Position numbers and translations under genes: made by a program. From assembly GCF_036321535.1 (NCBI RefSeq), contig NC_087447.1, positions 39,930,001 through 39,994,000 of the forward strand: a stretch of DNA of 64,000 bases, written 5' to 3'. Below, piece after piece: positions 23,913-35,762 of the stretch. The DNA comes from Camelus dromedarius (lineage: Eukaryota). The notes under the pieces were generated by a model. The model had not been told where the DNA came from and searched no databases. It saw only the letters and a list, made by a program, of their open reading frames with translations. How positions within the stretch are numbered: the stretch's first letter is position 1; every line of letters starts with the position of its first letter.

Positions 23913-25649
23913 GTTTCCTTGGTTAAAGGGACAGGTTCTGTTCCCAATACTCATCCTTGCCTACAATGTGCGGGTTCATTGTTCCTCCATGTGAGATTGT
24001 CAAAAGAAAATGCAAAATCCCAACCCCCTCCATCCCAGCCCTTAAATCAGAGGAGTTTTATTACTTTTAACTAAAAGGATACTTATTTCAGCAGCCATAA
24101 TGTAAAATATCAGGTAAGTATGGGAAGCAGATCACAGTGGCCTCAACAGACAGTCAGGGTCCCCCCACACTCCCCTCTACTTGACACAACTGTTTAGTCA
24201 CCAGGATCTGACATCTGGACCTTGGAGCACAGCCAAAAAAGGGAACTTAGAGGCTGGTGTTGTGATTGGCACTGACAGGGGGATCTATAGTCCTGTGTCT
24301 TAAAGTTTCCACCAGCGTCTTTGTTTTGGTCCATTTTGTAGTCTCTGCAGAGTTGGAAGGCTGCCAAGCACATAGCCCCTGGATGTGAATTCACTGTTCA
24401 ACCAAGCACGTGATTCGGCTGCCCTCCAACTACAAGTATGTACGGAGGAAGACGGATGCACCATTGATTAGCTTTGGGCAGTCAAAACTATCTGAACTAA
24501 AACATTGGTGGAGGTCTCAAGTAAGCCATGGGAATTTAAAACACTGCACAGGCACAGAGGGGTCCATCATCAAATATGTCACCATTCTCTGTCTTTTGCC
24601 ATGCCACATCACATTATCTCTTTAGATGGAGAACCAGAGCCATTTTCTTGGCTTTAAAGGTCTGTTCTCACTTAAGCAGAAGGTGATGTGAGTTGTGCCA
24701 TCCTGGGAGTTTCTCATGGAAAACACCAAGCCATTGTGCATGAGTATATGTCTGTGGGCATCCGTACACCCTAAGCACTTGTAACAACCTTGGAGAGACC
24801 AACAAAAATTGATCTGGTATATTGGCTGATGACACGTAAAGTGTGGGTACAACAAGCAACCCAGGACAGCCAGAGTGGAGCTGGCACTGCTTATCTCCTT
24901 CATTCTTAAGCATGCATGGGCATCTCTGGTACCAGGGGCTGGGCCGGGAGCTGTGAATACAATGACAAACAAGGACTTCTCTTCTGGGGTCAGTATGTCC
25001 CTGTGGGGCAGCTACCAGTGGTGGCCGTCAGAGACCAGTATAGTGCCGGGCACATGCTACACAATCAGTGCTCAGATGATGCTTAAGTTAGGGGACGAAG
25101 GGCAAAGACCTGCCCACAAACTGCAATGTAATATGATAAGGTCCTCCCCACACTTCTGAACCAAGTACTGAGAACAGAGCATCTTTCCAAGCGGGAGGGA
25201 GCCACAGAGGAAAGCATGGGCGATGCAGAGGGAGAGCCAGAGGGGCTCCAGGCACCTGGTGCAGCTTCTGCACCTCACTTCCTTTTATCTTTGTGTGTCA
25301 CCTGAGTCAAGTTTCTTTATGTCATTCTCTGTGGCTTTTTGACCTTCATGTCTATATCCTTATTACTCCTGAATAAGCCAGTCATTTTTTTTCAGTGGCT
25401 CAATCCTGCTTAAAAAGTGCCACATCAAGTACTAGTCCACTTGAATTCCCAAGTGGTGGCCTCTGTTGAAACAAGGGCTCTGGGTAGGGGTGTGGCCAGT
25501 GAATAAAGGCGGCATTGTTGTGTTTTGTTTGGATCAGTTCACTGGTGGGCTAATTCTGGACTTGTCTGAAGGTCACTCAGTGGTTTAGCCTGAAGGAGCA
25601 CTGCTTGTGGAAACTCTCTCTTGAACAGACAATGATGAGGATGGTGAGA

Positions 25650-25908
25650 GAACACACGCTTGCCTGTACTTCCTTTGTACCAGGCACGTTGATGTGGCAC
25701 CATTTTTTATAAACATATAGTAACTCATTTAAGCCTCCCAACAATCCAATGAATAGGTACCATTATTATCTCCATTTTACAGATGAGGAAAATGAGACCC
25801 AGAGAGGTAATGTAACTTGAGCAAAGCCACACAGCTCGCAAGTGAAAAAATCCAGATTTGATCCCAGGCCAGCTGGCTCCAGAGTTCACATCTTTAACAC
25901 TACACTGT
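25650..25908 (-). mobile_element. MIR SINE
   Basis: cattattatctccattttacagatgaggaaaatgagacccagagagg...gctccagagttcacatctttaacactacactg. Confidence 0.9.
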
Positions 25909-27699
25909 ATGTTGTCCCAGTTTTATGAAACAGCTCTTTTTTTTTTTAAATATATGAAAATGTCTGAAACACAGTCCCTTCTGCAGTCCCACGTAAAGCC
26001 AAGAGAAGTTTCATGGGGAATAAGCTCATGTACGTGAATCCCCAAGGGTTGTCTGATCCCTCTACGGAGGCTCAGCCTCTGTGAGGGCAGATTAAAAAGG
26101 AGGTGACATTTGAGCAGCATTTTTGTTTGTTTTAAATAACAAGTGGATTTATTTCTCGCTAGAAAAGAAAAACATGCTCATGTAAGAGAACTTCGAACAT
26201 ATAAAAAAACCAAGAGAAAATAATTCTACCCTTAGAGATAACATGTCGTATTTTCTTACCAGCTCTTCCGTCTTAGACACACACACACACGTACACTGGG
26301 TACACCTAGTTCTATAGCTCGCTCTTATAGTATCAGATAATCTCACTGTGCTTCCTTATGCCATCAAAAATATCCCTTTAACTGGCTTTCTCAATCTCAG
26401 ATGAGGGCACACGTATATGTGACTTAACCATTCCGTAACTGTCGGACATTTAGGTGGTTTCCAGTCCAGTGGGGAGGTGGCTGCGTCTGGAAGGTTGAGT
26501 CATTCACCAGCTATGGAGGGGGAGGGCGCTCAGGCAGCAGCACTAGCAAGTGCAGCAGGATGTGGTGCCTCTGGGGAACCAGATGACAGCCCCATGTGCG
26601 GGTCAGGCCACAGGCTAGTCTCTGTCTTTCACGGATGAGGAGGCTAAAGTTCAGAAAGTTTAGGAGATTTCCCTGTAAAGGTCCCTAGAAGAAGATTCTA
26701 CCATCTCCCTTCCCCAGTGTCTTAGTCTGGAGTCATCTGAAAGAAGAAATCCCAGGGAAAGGGGTGAAGGAAAAGGACAGTGATTCAGAGACGGAGGAAG
26801 AGCCAGCAAAGGGGGCAACCTTACTGAGCCAGTCACTGTGGGCAACTGAGCCTCAACCCCATGGGACTGAGAACCTGTAGACAGTGTCCCCAGGAGACGT
26901 CTCCCCATTACTGAGGTGACCCCCAGCGGCCACCTCTCCACGCTTCCAGGCCACACTGGGTGCCAACCGAGGGAGCTTCAAAGCTAGAGCCCTGGGACAG
27001 AAAAGTGAAGGTGCCAGATTAAGGTGGGAGTTCTCTGTGTGCATCCAACTGCCTGCCATTGCCAGGCTGAAACAGGTGGCTGGGGGCACCATGTACAGGG
27101 CAAATGCATCTGCTATGCTCACCCAGGGATTCTGGGACCAGGGCCCGCCACCCTTTCCCCAGGACACAAATCCCAGGAGACTGGGTGAAAGGCTAAGAAG
27201 ATACATTTTTAGCAACATATCTAGGAGGGGAACACTCTTGTTCTCCAAGGAAGACGCAAACCAGCATGGATGGGCTGTTATTATGACACGAGGCCAGTGC
27301 CATTCAGAATAAACATTCCCTTAGTCCTGACTGTGATGGGCCTGTGCTGGAGATTCAGAGCTGAGCAGGATGCCAGCCTTGCCCCCTGACCCGTCTCAGG
27401 TCTGCTCTGAGAGGATGCCAGGGACTGCTGCTGGGCGTTGCTTCCATCAGAACACACCACCATCCTGAGGAAACTTCTAGGGTGCAGGGGAAGGGATGTA
27501 CCCGGTGCTGAGCTCCTACACAGGCCAGGCCCTGGGCTGAAGGGTTCTGTTCATTACTCATCCTCTACATCCCTTCTGGAGAAGAGATGCCTTCTTCTTG
27601 GGGACACAGCTAAAATTTTGGAACTAGTTCTTCATCACAGCATCATGATCAGGAAAGTCTTTGATTCCTTCTTCTGATGGATGGGTCTTGTAAAATGTG

Positions 27700-28125
27700 C
27701 TCATTCCCTTCCTCCCTCTCTTAAATGCTGATTGAGCACCTGCTGTATGCCATACACTGTTCTAGGGAAGAATGAACCCTTGCCCTAGGAGCTGGCAGTC
27801 ATGTACACCCGGAGTCTCAGTGGGCTGAAGGCCGGCACAGGCATGGCTCTGGGTGATGAGGGAGACTAGGCCAAGCTTGCACTGCCAGGAGGAACCAAGG
27901 AGGGCTTCATGGAGAAGGTGGGGCCAGACTCTTCTGTGGACAGATCTCTGTTTTCCTCTCCATCTCACTTAGCACCATTTGTAATTAGCTATTGGTGTGC
28001 ATACTTGAAGGACCCCGTCCCCGCCACTATTTGGAGCACTCCAAGAGACCTGACGCCTTGCCCGCCCCTGCACTGCCAGCACCTGCCACACCATGACTGC
28101 TTAATGTCTATTTTCTGAATAAATG
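27700..28125. mobile_element. two L2 3'-end fragments (minus, then plus)
   Basis: gctgattgagcacctgctgtatgcc (minus tail) and gcacctgccacaccatgactgcttaatgtctattttctgaataaatgga (plus tail). Confidence 0.55.
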
Positions 28126-29984
28126 GACAGTGTGGCCACGCTGGCCCCCGAGCAATACTCTCTTCTAGCAGAGTCCCACAGCCAGATGAACAACTCCGCC
28201 TTCTACGTCAGAGCACGATGGTAGTCTCAGGTGGGTCTAGGCTTTAAGAAGAGAAGGAAAAGGAGGTGGAGGCAGCAAGAAAGGGAGCAGAGAGGGCCAA
28301 GGTGGCTGGCGCTGAGCACGGGGGGTCTGAGCATTTAGGTGGAAGCATTTTTGCTTATCATCTAGGCCTTCTCAGCATCGTGACTAAGTCCTGTCCCAGA
28401 GCAAAAATCCGGGACCATCACACTGGAAGTGGCAAAACACTGCTGGTTACTGTCCCTCACAAGAGCGACTGCACCTCCCTGGTTTTCTTTTCAACCAACA
28501 ATCCATGTTGACAGCAAATCTGTACAGAGAACCTATTAAAAGAAATTGTAGTAAATCAGAGTTGCTTTAACCATCTGTCTGGCATTCTGACTGCATGCCT
28601 GACACTTGCACTGTAGCTTCCTTTTGTACAACCTTCCATTTGATTTAATTCCACGGATAATTATCAAGTCTTGACTACATGCAAAGCGATGCATTGCGAG
28701 CCTCAAGCTGGTTGCGTCTTCCAGGCCTAGAGCACAATTTAACTTACGACAAAAATAAACATGCACAACGGAAGAAGAGAGCGACAGAGGCCACAAGAAA
28801 CTGTAAAGACTATTTCAAAGACGGTAACAGTTTACCCATGTGAGTAAGCGTGGGATAGCTGGGACCCCACACGCATTCACTTGTCTAAATATGCCTTCGA
28901 CAGCCTTGCTGAGCTACTTTCCTGGGTCTTGGGGTCAAAGGGATGAATGAGACCCAGCCCCAGAGCACAGCACAGTCCCCTGTGGGAGCCAAAGTGGCAT
29001 CACTTAGCCCATTGAAAGTGGAAATCAGGGAGGGCTTCCCAAAGGAGATGTGTTGTTTGCTCCTAAGAGGGGAAGGAGTTCACTAGGGGAAGAAGGAGCA
29101 GGACATGTAAAAGGGCTGGAGACACGAGAACAGGTGCGTTTTCGGGAAGACTGCTGGAAAGTCGTAAGTCTGTGAGGTGTTAAGAGAATGAAGCCAAAAG
29201 CCAGAACGCACAAAGTGTGGATTTACTCCTGAAAGCCACGGGGAACTGCTGCAGGGTCAGGAAAGCAGACATCAGCAAGTTTGCAGAAGGGCTTGGGACA
29301 GGTTCTTTGGTGGATCCATCCAAGCAGAAGTCCTCCTGGGATGTACCACCACGATAACGTAGTCTGAGCGGCCTGGGCTCTGGAGAAAGGTAGACTACTC
29401 CCAGCTCTGCCTCTGACCTCAGTGTCCTTCCCCTCTGCGATGGGAACCGCCATACTTAGCTCAGAGCTTTGTAACGAAGCTCAGATGACATAACGGACAT
29501 GAAGTGCCCAGCACAGGAGGAGGACATGCATTGGTGAGCACTTGGTACTTGTTAACCCACCCCTCCCCACCTTTCCCCAGTGCGTGCGCCGTAATGTGGG
29601 AGAGAGAGGGACCGCTCAGAGATGATCTCACGGAACAAGAATGACTCTGGCAAGCCAACAGAGCTCAAAAACAAAGTTGGAGGCGACTTTAAGAAATTAT
29701 GATCTATCCTCTTGTCTTGGGTCCATAAAAAAAGAGACAGGATAGTGAAAGAGCAAGTAGAAGAAGGTCCATGAAATGCTTTAAGATGCGGGACACTTCG
29801 ACTCAAGTGGCGTGGTCAAAGGGCCCAGGCGGGCTGGAGAAGGAAGGTGGGTGTTATGGAGCCTGCAGGGTGGGCTGGAGGCAAGGTGAAGCTGGATGGT
29901 GACGGCGGTGGGCTGACAGCCGTCATGGTCTTCATGGGTGGCTGTGCTTTGGATGGATTTTCAGAGGTGGAAAAAAATGGTGCT

Positions 29985-31120
29985 CAACACCCACAGCACC
30001 TGGGTCGTGGCCTCTAAATAATGATGCCACTTCCCATAAAGGAACCCCGACTCCTTGCAGAAATGGCCGATTCTAGCTCTGAGGAAGAAAATATATAAGA
30101 AGAGCTTGGAACATCTTATTGCTAGAAACTAGTAAGTTAAGCATTTCTACTAGATTAGGATCATATCCTGGATGCTTCTACTGGCTAAAGCCAGAAAAAG
30201 CTGAGCACCAATGAGGATAATAACTGCAATGGGTTAAAATGCATCAAATCTAGTTAAACCCATGAGTTAGTAGTGATATTAGAAAAACAAAATAAAACTC
30301 AACATGTCTCCAGTCACCTCTGGAGGATGCTAGGAAATCTGTTCATTTTGAAAACTGGTAAATAAAGGGGACATATCTTATGCTTATCCTATTCTAAATC
30401 AAACTGTACCTGTGCTGATCAAATACTTAGTGAGGCAAAGTTTATCTTTACAAAGCATTTTAGCTGGTAAGTGATAATGGAATAAATGAATGAGAACATA
30501 ACCATTTGGAAACCCCTAATGCATTAAGGTTTCTAGGCAATGATCACCAGTGGTTCCTGACAAATCAGTGACAACCAGACACAATGTCTCTGCTCCCCCG
30601 CCCCCACAGAGACACACCACCATCAGTTCCATATCTCCCTCCCAATTTTCAGGAGATACGGGGGTCGGAGGAACGTGTTAAGTGAGACCATCAAGATACA
30701 ATGAGCAAAATCTAGACTGTGGGAATTCTGTTCTTCAATAAATCGACTTCAAGGAATGAAAGAGATCTGACATAACATCAGTCAATTGCAATGCATGGGC
30801 CTTATTTTGATCTTGATTCCAACTGTAAAAATAATAAAGAAATGAAACAAAATTATGAGACAACAGCTGAAGATGTTAAGGAATTATTAAATACATGTAA
30901 TAATTGTATTTTTAAAAAGAAATCCTTATCTTTGAGAGCTATAACTGAAATAGTATATCTGGGATTTACGGCAAAAGAATCTTGCAGCAGGGGCAGAGGG
31001 TCAGAGGGGAGGTATAAATGAAACAAGGCCGGCCCTGGATTATCACTGTTGAAGTGGGTGATGGGTTCACTCGGGGTGTACTACACTGTTCTTTCTACTT
31101 TTGTGTTAGGAGTTTTTATA
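29985..31120 (+). mobile_element. old L1 (L1MC-type) 3' UTR fragment
   Basis: gaaatggccgattctag...gagcttggaacatctt...aaaatctagactgtgggaa...gggtgatgggttcactcggggtgtactacactgttctttctacttttgtgt. Confidence 0.7.
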
Positions 31121-31896
31121 GTAGGAAGTTCTGGGTTTTGTTTTTTTCATGGTACCTAAGAACTAGATTCTGAACATGGGAAGCAGGAGGAAACCACAGG
31201 CTTGTTTTGTAAAACAAGGAGGCAGATCAGGGCAAGCAACTAAGAATAAGGTCAGTCTGGAAACAAAAGATGCAACTAATATGGCAAGCATAGATTAATA
31301 TTCTTAATATATAATGACTTCATTAGAAAAATCCATTAGCAGTCTATCAAAGCCCCTAGGGAAGTTTAATAAAATACATTAAGTGGCAATTTATACAAAG
31401 AAAAAATATAAATAACTAGTGAATATTGGGGAAAATATTCAGCTCCATTGGTCCACAGAGATGTAAGTGAAACAACATGAAACGCTTCACAGCAGCGGCC
31501 CGGGACCGTCTCTCTGGGCACCTTCCTCCCCTCCGTGTCTGCTCCGCCCACTGCCCCAGCCCACCAAAGGGCACACACCTGCTCTGCTCCGGGCAGCCCT
31601 GGGTCAGCTGTAACTTCGGGACCCCTCAGTCTCCTCCTTTCCCCCAGAGCTGCTGTTCTCTCTGGTTGGGAACTTCAACACAAATGCTTTGCCAGAGGGT
31701 GCAAAGGAGTGAATCTGCGGTCCAGCAATTCATCAATGGGTTGAGAATCTGTGATGGAAGCACGGCGGGTCCCAGAGAGGAGCGGGGTGCCCCCTACACA
31801 ACTTCAGGGGAGCCAAGGAGACTCATCACCACGGCCATCCCTCGGGCTCACACATGACTGAGAGTTGCTCACGGCTACCCATTTTACTTCTTTATT

Positions 31897-31952
31897 TTAT
31901 TTTTTTTAACTTTTTTTATTGAGTTATAGTCATTTTACCATGTTGTGTCAAA
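31897..31952 (-). mobile_element. 56-nt L1 3'-terminal stub with perfect 13-bp TSD
   Basis: Reverse complement tttgacacaacatggtaaaatgactataactcaataaaaaaagttaaaaaaa matches the tail of the L1 at about 21409-21463 (2 substitutions apart from A-run length); TSD ttacttctttatt at 31884-31896 and 31953-31965. Confidence 0.9.
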
Positions 31953-32516
31953 TTACTTCTTTATTAACTGTGGTCTTTTCAGAACCCAGATCAAAGAGTC
32001 TGAACTGAGGTAACCTTTAACCTGTCAAAATCTATGAGGAGGCATAAACCCAAATATGTGAATTTTCAAGCCATGTTTAATCTGGGTGAAAACTGAGTGG
32101 AAAGTCTTGCCAAGAACTTACACGTACATCAATCAAACCCATTTCAGTTCTTGTCTTCGTCTGTTTATTCCAAACTATTTGGGGGGATTGCAAAGGCCCC
32201 TTAGGCATTACTGATTATGAGCTCAGTAAGCTATTTGCCCTGTCCATATTCCCGTCACTAATGAGAATTGCTACACCCACTCTGCTCCAGCTACAGAGCA
32301 GAGCTGGCTGTTAGGTTTCAGGAAAAGCATTTAGCAGGCTAACAGCTCACAGAGGCCAAAAGCATCTCTTTACACTTTCAGAATGCACGCTTAGATTTAC
32401 CATTAGGTAGGGGCAGAGGACAGCGAGCAGTAAAATTAGGTAGATCTTTTCTTTCGTAAGTCCTTCACTCCTTTATTTCTGTGTTCACCCTCATCCCCCC
32501 TTACCCTGAAACATCC

Positions 32517-32538
32517 TACACACACACACACACGCACG

Positions 32539-32571
<33 letters not shown>
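32517..32571. repeat. compound (CA)n(CG)n(CA)n alternating purine-pyrimidine microsatellite
   Basis: 55 nt of unbroken alternation with a cgcgcgcgc core. Confidence 0.95.
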
Positions 32572-32572
<1 letters not shown>

Positions 32573-35139
32573 CCATCCCTCCCCTCCAGAGTGATCTCTA
32601 ACAAGAGCTAGACTAATACAGGTCAGGATGACACAAAACACCTTCAGAGGCAAGAAGAGGAGGCACCTACCATCTCAGAAGCCCAAACACGGGAGATGCA
32701 CCAGCAGCTGACCAGGGCACCCCCAAAAGAGAACCACCCCCCCCATAGCATGTCCAGCTTCATCCAGGCTCTGACCCACCTTTAGGGCAAAGTGCCCCAC
32801 AGCCCATGGTCTAGGATTTCAGCCACAATCATATCTTCTGCCCAGAGGTGAGCTCTCCCTGTGGTGGCCCACACCCCTCTGCTTTCAGGCTAATTTTCAG
32901 AGGTCTGGAGGTCTGTAGAGATAGAGAATCTTTTCCACTGTTTCCTGAGGAGAAGGCTGCCTGCTCAACACAACTCTCAGCTCGGTGCATCAGTTGAACA
33001 AGTGGCTGCCTATATAATTTAATATGATGCCACATGAGACTCCCAGACCTGCTGCAAAGCAAACAGGATTCTGCCGCTCGCCTCTTGGCAACTGGAAATC
33101 TGGAATGCCTGCTTGTTTCTGCTCAGTCTGGGCATACAATTCAAGTTAACTGCCAGAGTTAAGCAGTGGTGGAGGCTGGGCTGGGTATTTTCAAGGGGTC
33201 GATGTTAGGGCCACAGAGAAGTGGGTCTCATCTGGGGGGAGTCCTGAAATTTCTTAGTCTGCCTACAGAGTCAAGGTCATAAGCATCTCCTTCAGCAAAG
33301 GCAAGGTGTGGGTACAGCTGGGTGACCCCAAGAAGCCCTGGATACAGCATGAGGGCCATGCTGTGCCCTCAAGCCTCCTGTCAGTTGTGGTGGGGGAACC
33401 CATCCTTTCAGGAAAGATAACCTAAACCTGCATGTAGTGAGGTAATGAAGATAGGAAGGGATCTACATACACATTTCCAGCCATGAACTTATCATTTTAG
33501 GTGCGTGTTAAGGCCAAGAAGAAAACTTTCTTGTATTTGAATATTTGTCACAGTGGCCCACTCAGTTTATTGGCTGGTTGGTTTAAAGCAAAGCCCTGGT
33601 GGGGGATGTGGGGGCAGGCCCTGGTACTGTGTACCTGTTTCATGCGCAGATGAAGCAGGGAGGGGACCCAGCACTGGCACTGGCTCAGTGGACTCAGATG
33701 CTGGGACCATCTCATCCGCACCCTGGTGGAGTACTCCTGCAGGGACTCAGGACTGGTTCCCAAGATGCCAGGTCATGGGGCACTGGGCAGAAATGCCTAC
33801 TGCTGTGGTCAGTCTTCCAGGACCCTGAGCCCAAATCATCCTGCCCCAGTGGTGGGGTGAGACTAAGCAAGGGGACAAAGATAAGATGGTCTCACTGAGA
33901 GGCAGTCCTAGGGAATATCTCTGGGCTGGAAGGAGGCACCAGGTCAATTAAGCAGGGGATTCCTACTTCCTGCTCCATCGGACTCCAAAGACCAAGGTGT
34001 GGACTGTGCTGGGAGACAGTGCTACTGAGCTGCCCAAGGGTGCTCAAAAACTCGGGAGCATCAGACCCCTGGAAAGGGCTACCACTGAAAGCAGAGCCTT
34101 TTCATAAATATTAGCTTTAGGACTTTCAAGAAGCACTATATTCTTCAAATAGCTAACACCTAAAAGGCACAAAGTATGCAAATTCAACTAACTTTTTTTA
34201 AATTAATAATTATGTGGCTGGCATTAAGTCGACCTTGCATGCATTATCTCATTTAATCTGTGGGATGCTGAACTTGTAAAAGTGAGTTTATGTTCTACCT
34301 GCTGCCTAACGCAGAGTATGTAAAAGAGAAGTCCAGAAATAGCACTGCAGGGCTAGACTAAAAGGTTTTGATTCACAGCAAAGGAAATTTAATTAAAGCA
34401 TGTAATGCCAATTACTGTCATTCATAATCATATTATACCTCTCCAGAAATAATACAGATATAAAAGTCTAGAGTTACCTGCATGTTTGATGTAAATAGGA
34501 TAAAATTATCCAAGTTCTGAAAATGTCCAGATATCAGAAAGAAAAAAAGTATCTCTACCTAGCGTCATGTGTCATCAAATTTCATTAGGCAGGGACATGA
34601 GCATCCAGGCACAAGAAAGTCCACCCCTCCTCTGTGAGCAGGTTGTAAAAACTTCCAAAGGTGCCTGAAAACCTGAGGTTAACATGGTCATGATTTTTGA
34701 GCTCCTGTAAACAATCAGACACTCCTGCTTGTTTTTGACAAAGCCCAGGAGAGGCCAGACAGCAGACACTCTCAGCCTGTCCCATCACTTTTTGGACTCT
34801 GTATGGTGATAAGGACCACATCCTTTCAAGGGGAAGCACCGAGGTCCAGTGGAGGGAAAGAGTGACAGGAAAGCTCCAGGGCAGAGAAAACATGGCACAA
34901 CTGCCAAGCCACAGCTGGGTCTCAACAGGGCCATCTATGGGCATCGAGCACGCTGCCACTTCATTCCCCCGTCCCTTCATCACTTTCTGAGTGTGCGCTA
35001 TTGCCAGACCTGGAGCTGAATAGTGGGGTCACTCACGGAGCGAGAGAGCACTAAGGTCCTTGCATTCTTAGGATTACAGTGCAGTGGGGGAGATGGACAC
35101 AAATTTTTAAAATACACACATTCATAAATACAAGGCAGG

Positions 35140-35492
35140 TTCCACCAAGACCTAGTTTCTGCACATCTGAAATGGGTAATATAAGACATCTATTCCATGG
35201 GGTCCTGACAAAAGTGAAATAAGTCAATATGTACAAAGCCTTTGGCTTAATAAAAATTAATAGAAATTCTACTGCTACCAGTATTACTATCCTTACCACT
35301 AACAATAGTAGAAGCATGATTTTGGGTAAGTTACTTAATTTTCTCACATTTCAGGTCTCCCATCTGTAAAATGGGATAACAAGAGTTCCTAACAAAAGAA
35401 ATTAAATGAGCTAATATGTAGAAAGTGTTTGGAACAATGCCTGGCACACAGTAAGAGTTTGATAAATGTTAGTTGCTAATGGTGGTTATTAT
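35140..35492 (+). mobile_element. two adjacent MIR fragments
   Basis: ttgggtaagttacttaa...catctgtaaaatgggataac...aattaaatgagctaatatgtagaaagtgtttggaacaatgcctggcacacagtaag; a second, more decayed core at about 35150-35300. Confidence 0.8.
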
Positions 35493-35546
35493 TTTGCCAG
35501 AATCTTAAGACATCACATCAGCTCATAATATGCTTACAATCTAGTC

Positions 35547-35762
35547 CAGGGTGTCTCAACAGAGACACTATTGATGTTTTGGACTGGACAAGTCTTTGTT
35601 GTGGGGGGCTGTCCTCTGCACTGTAGGGCATTTTGTAGAATCCTGGCCTCTTCCCATGAATGCCAAGAGCACCTGCCCCCAAGTCACGACAATCCAGAAT
35701 GTCTCCAGACATTGCCTAACGTCCCCTGGGAGGGAAAAATCACCCCATAAAAAAACCACCAG
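35547..35762 (+). mobile_element. MER20 hAT-Charlie MITE
   Basis: cagggtgtctcaac...cactattgatgttttggactggac...ctttgttgtggggggctgtcct...aatgtctccagacattgcc...tcccctggg...aaaatcacccc; family match is clear, orientation less certain. Confidence 0.85.
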
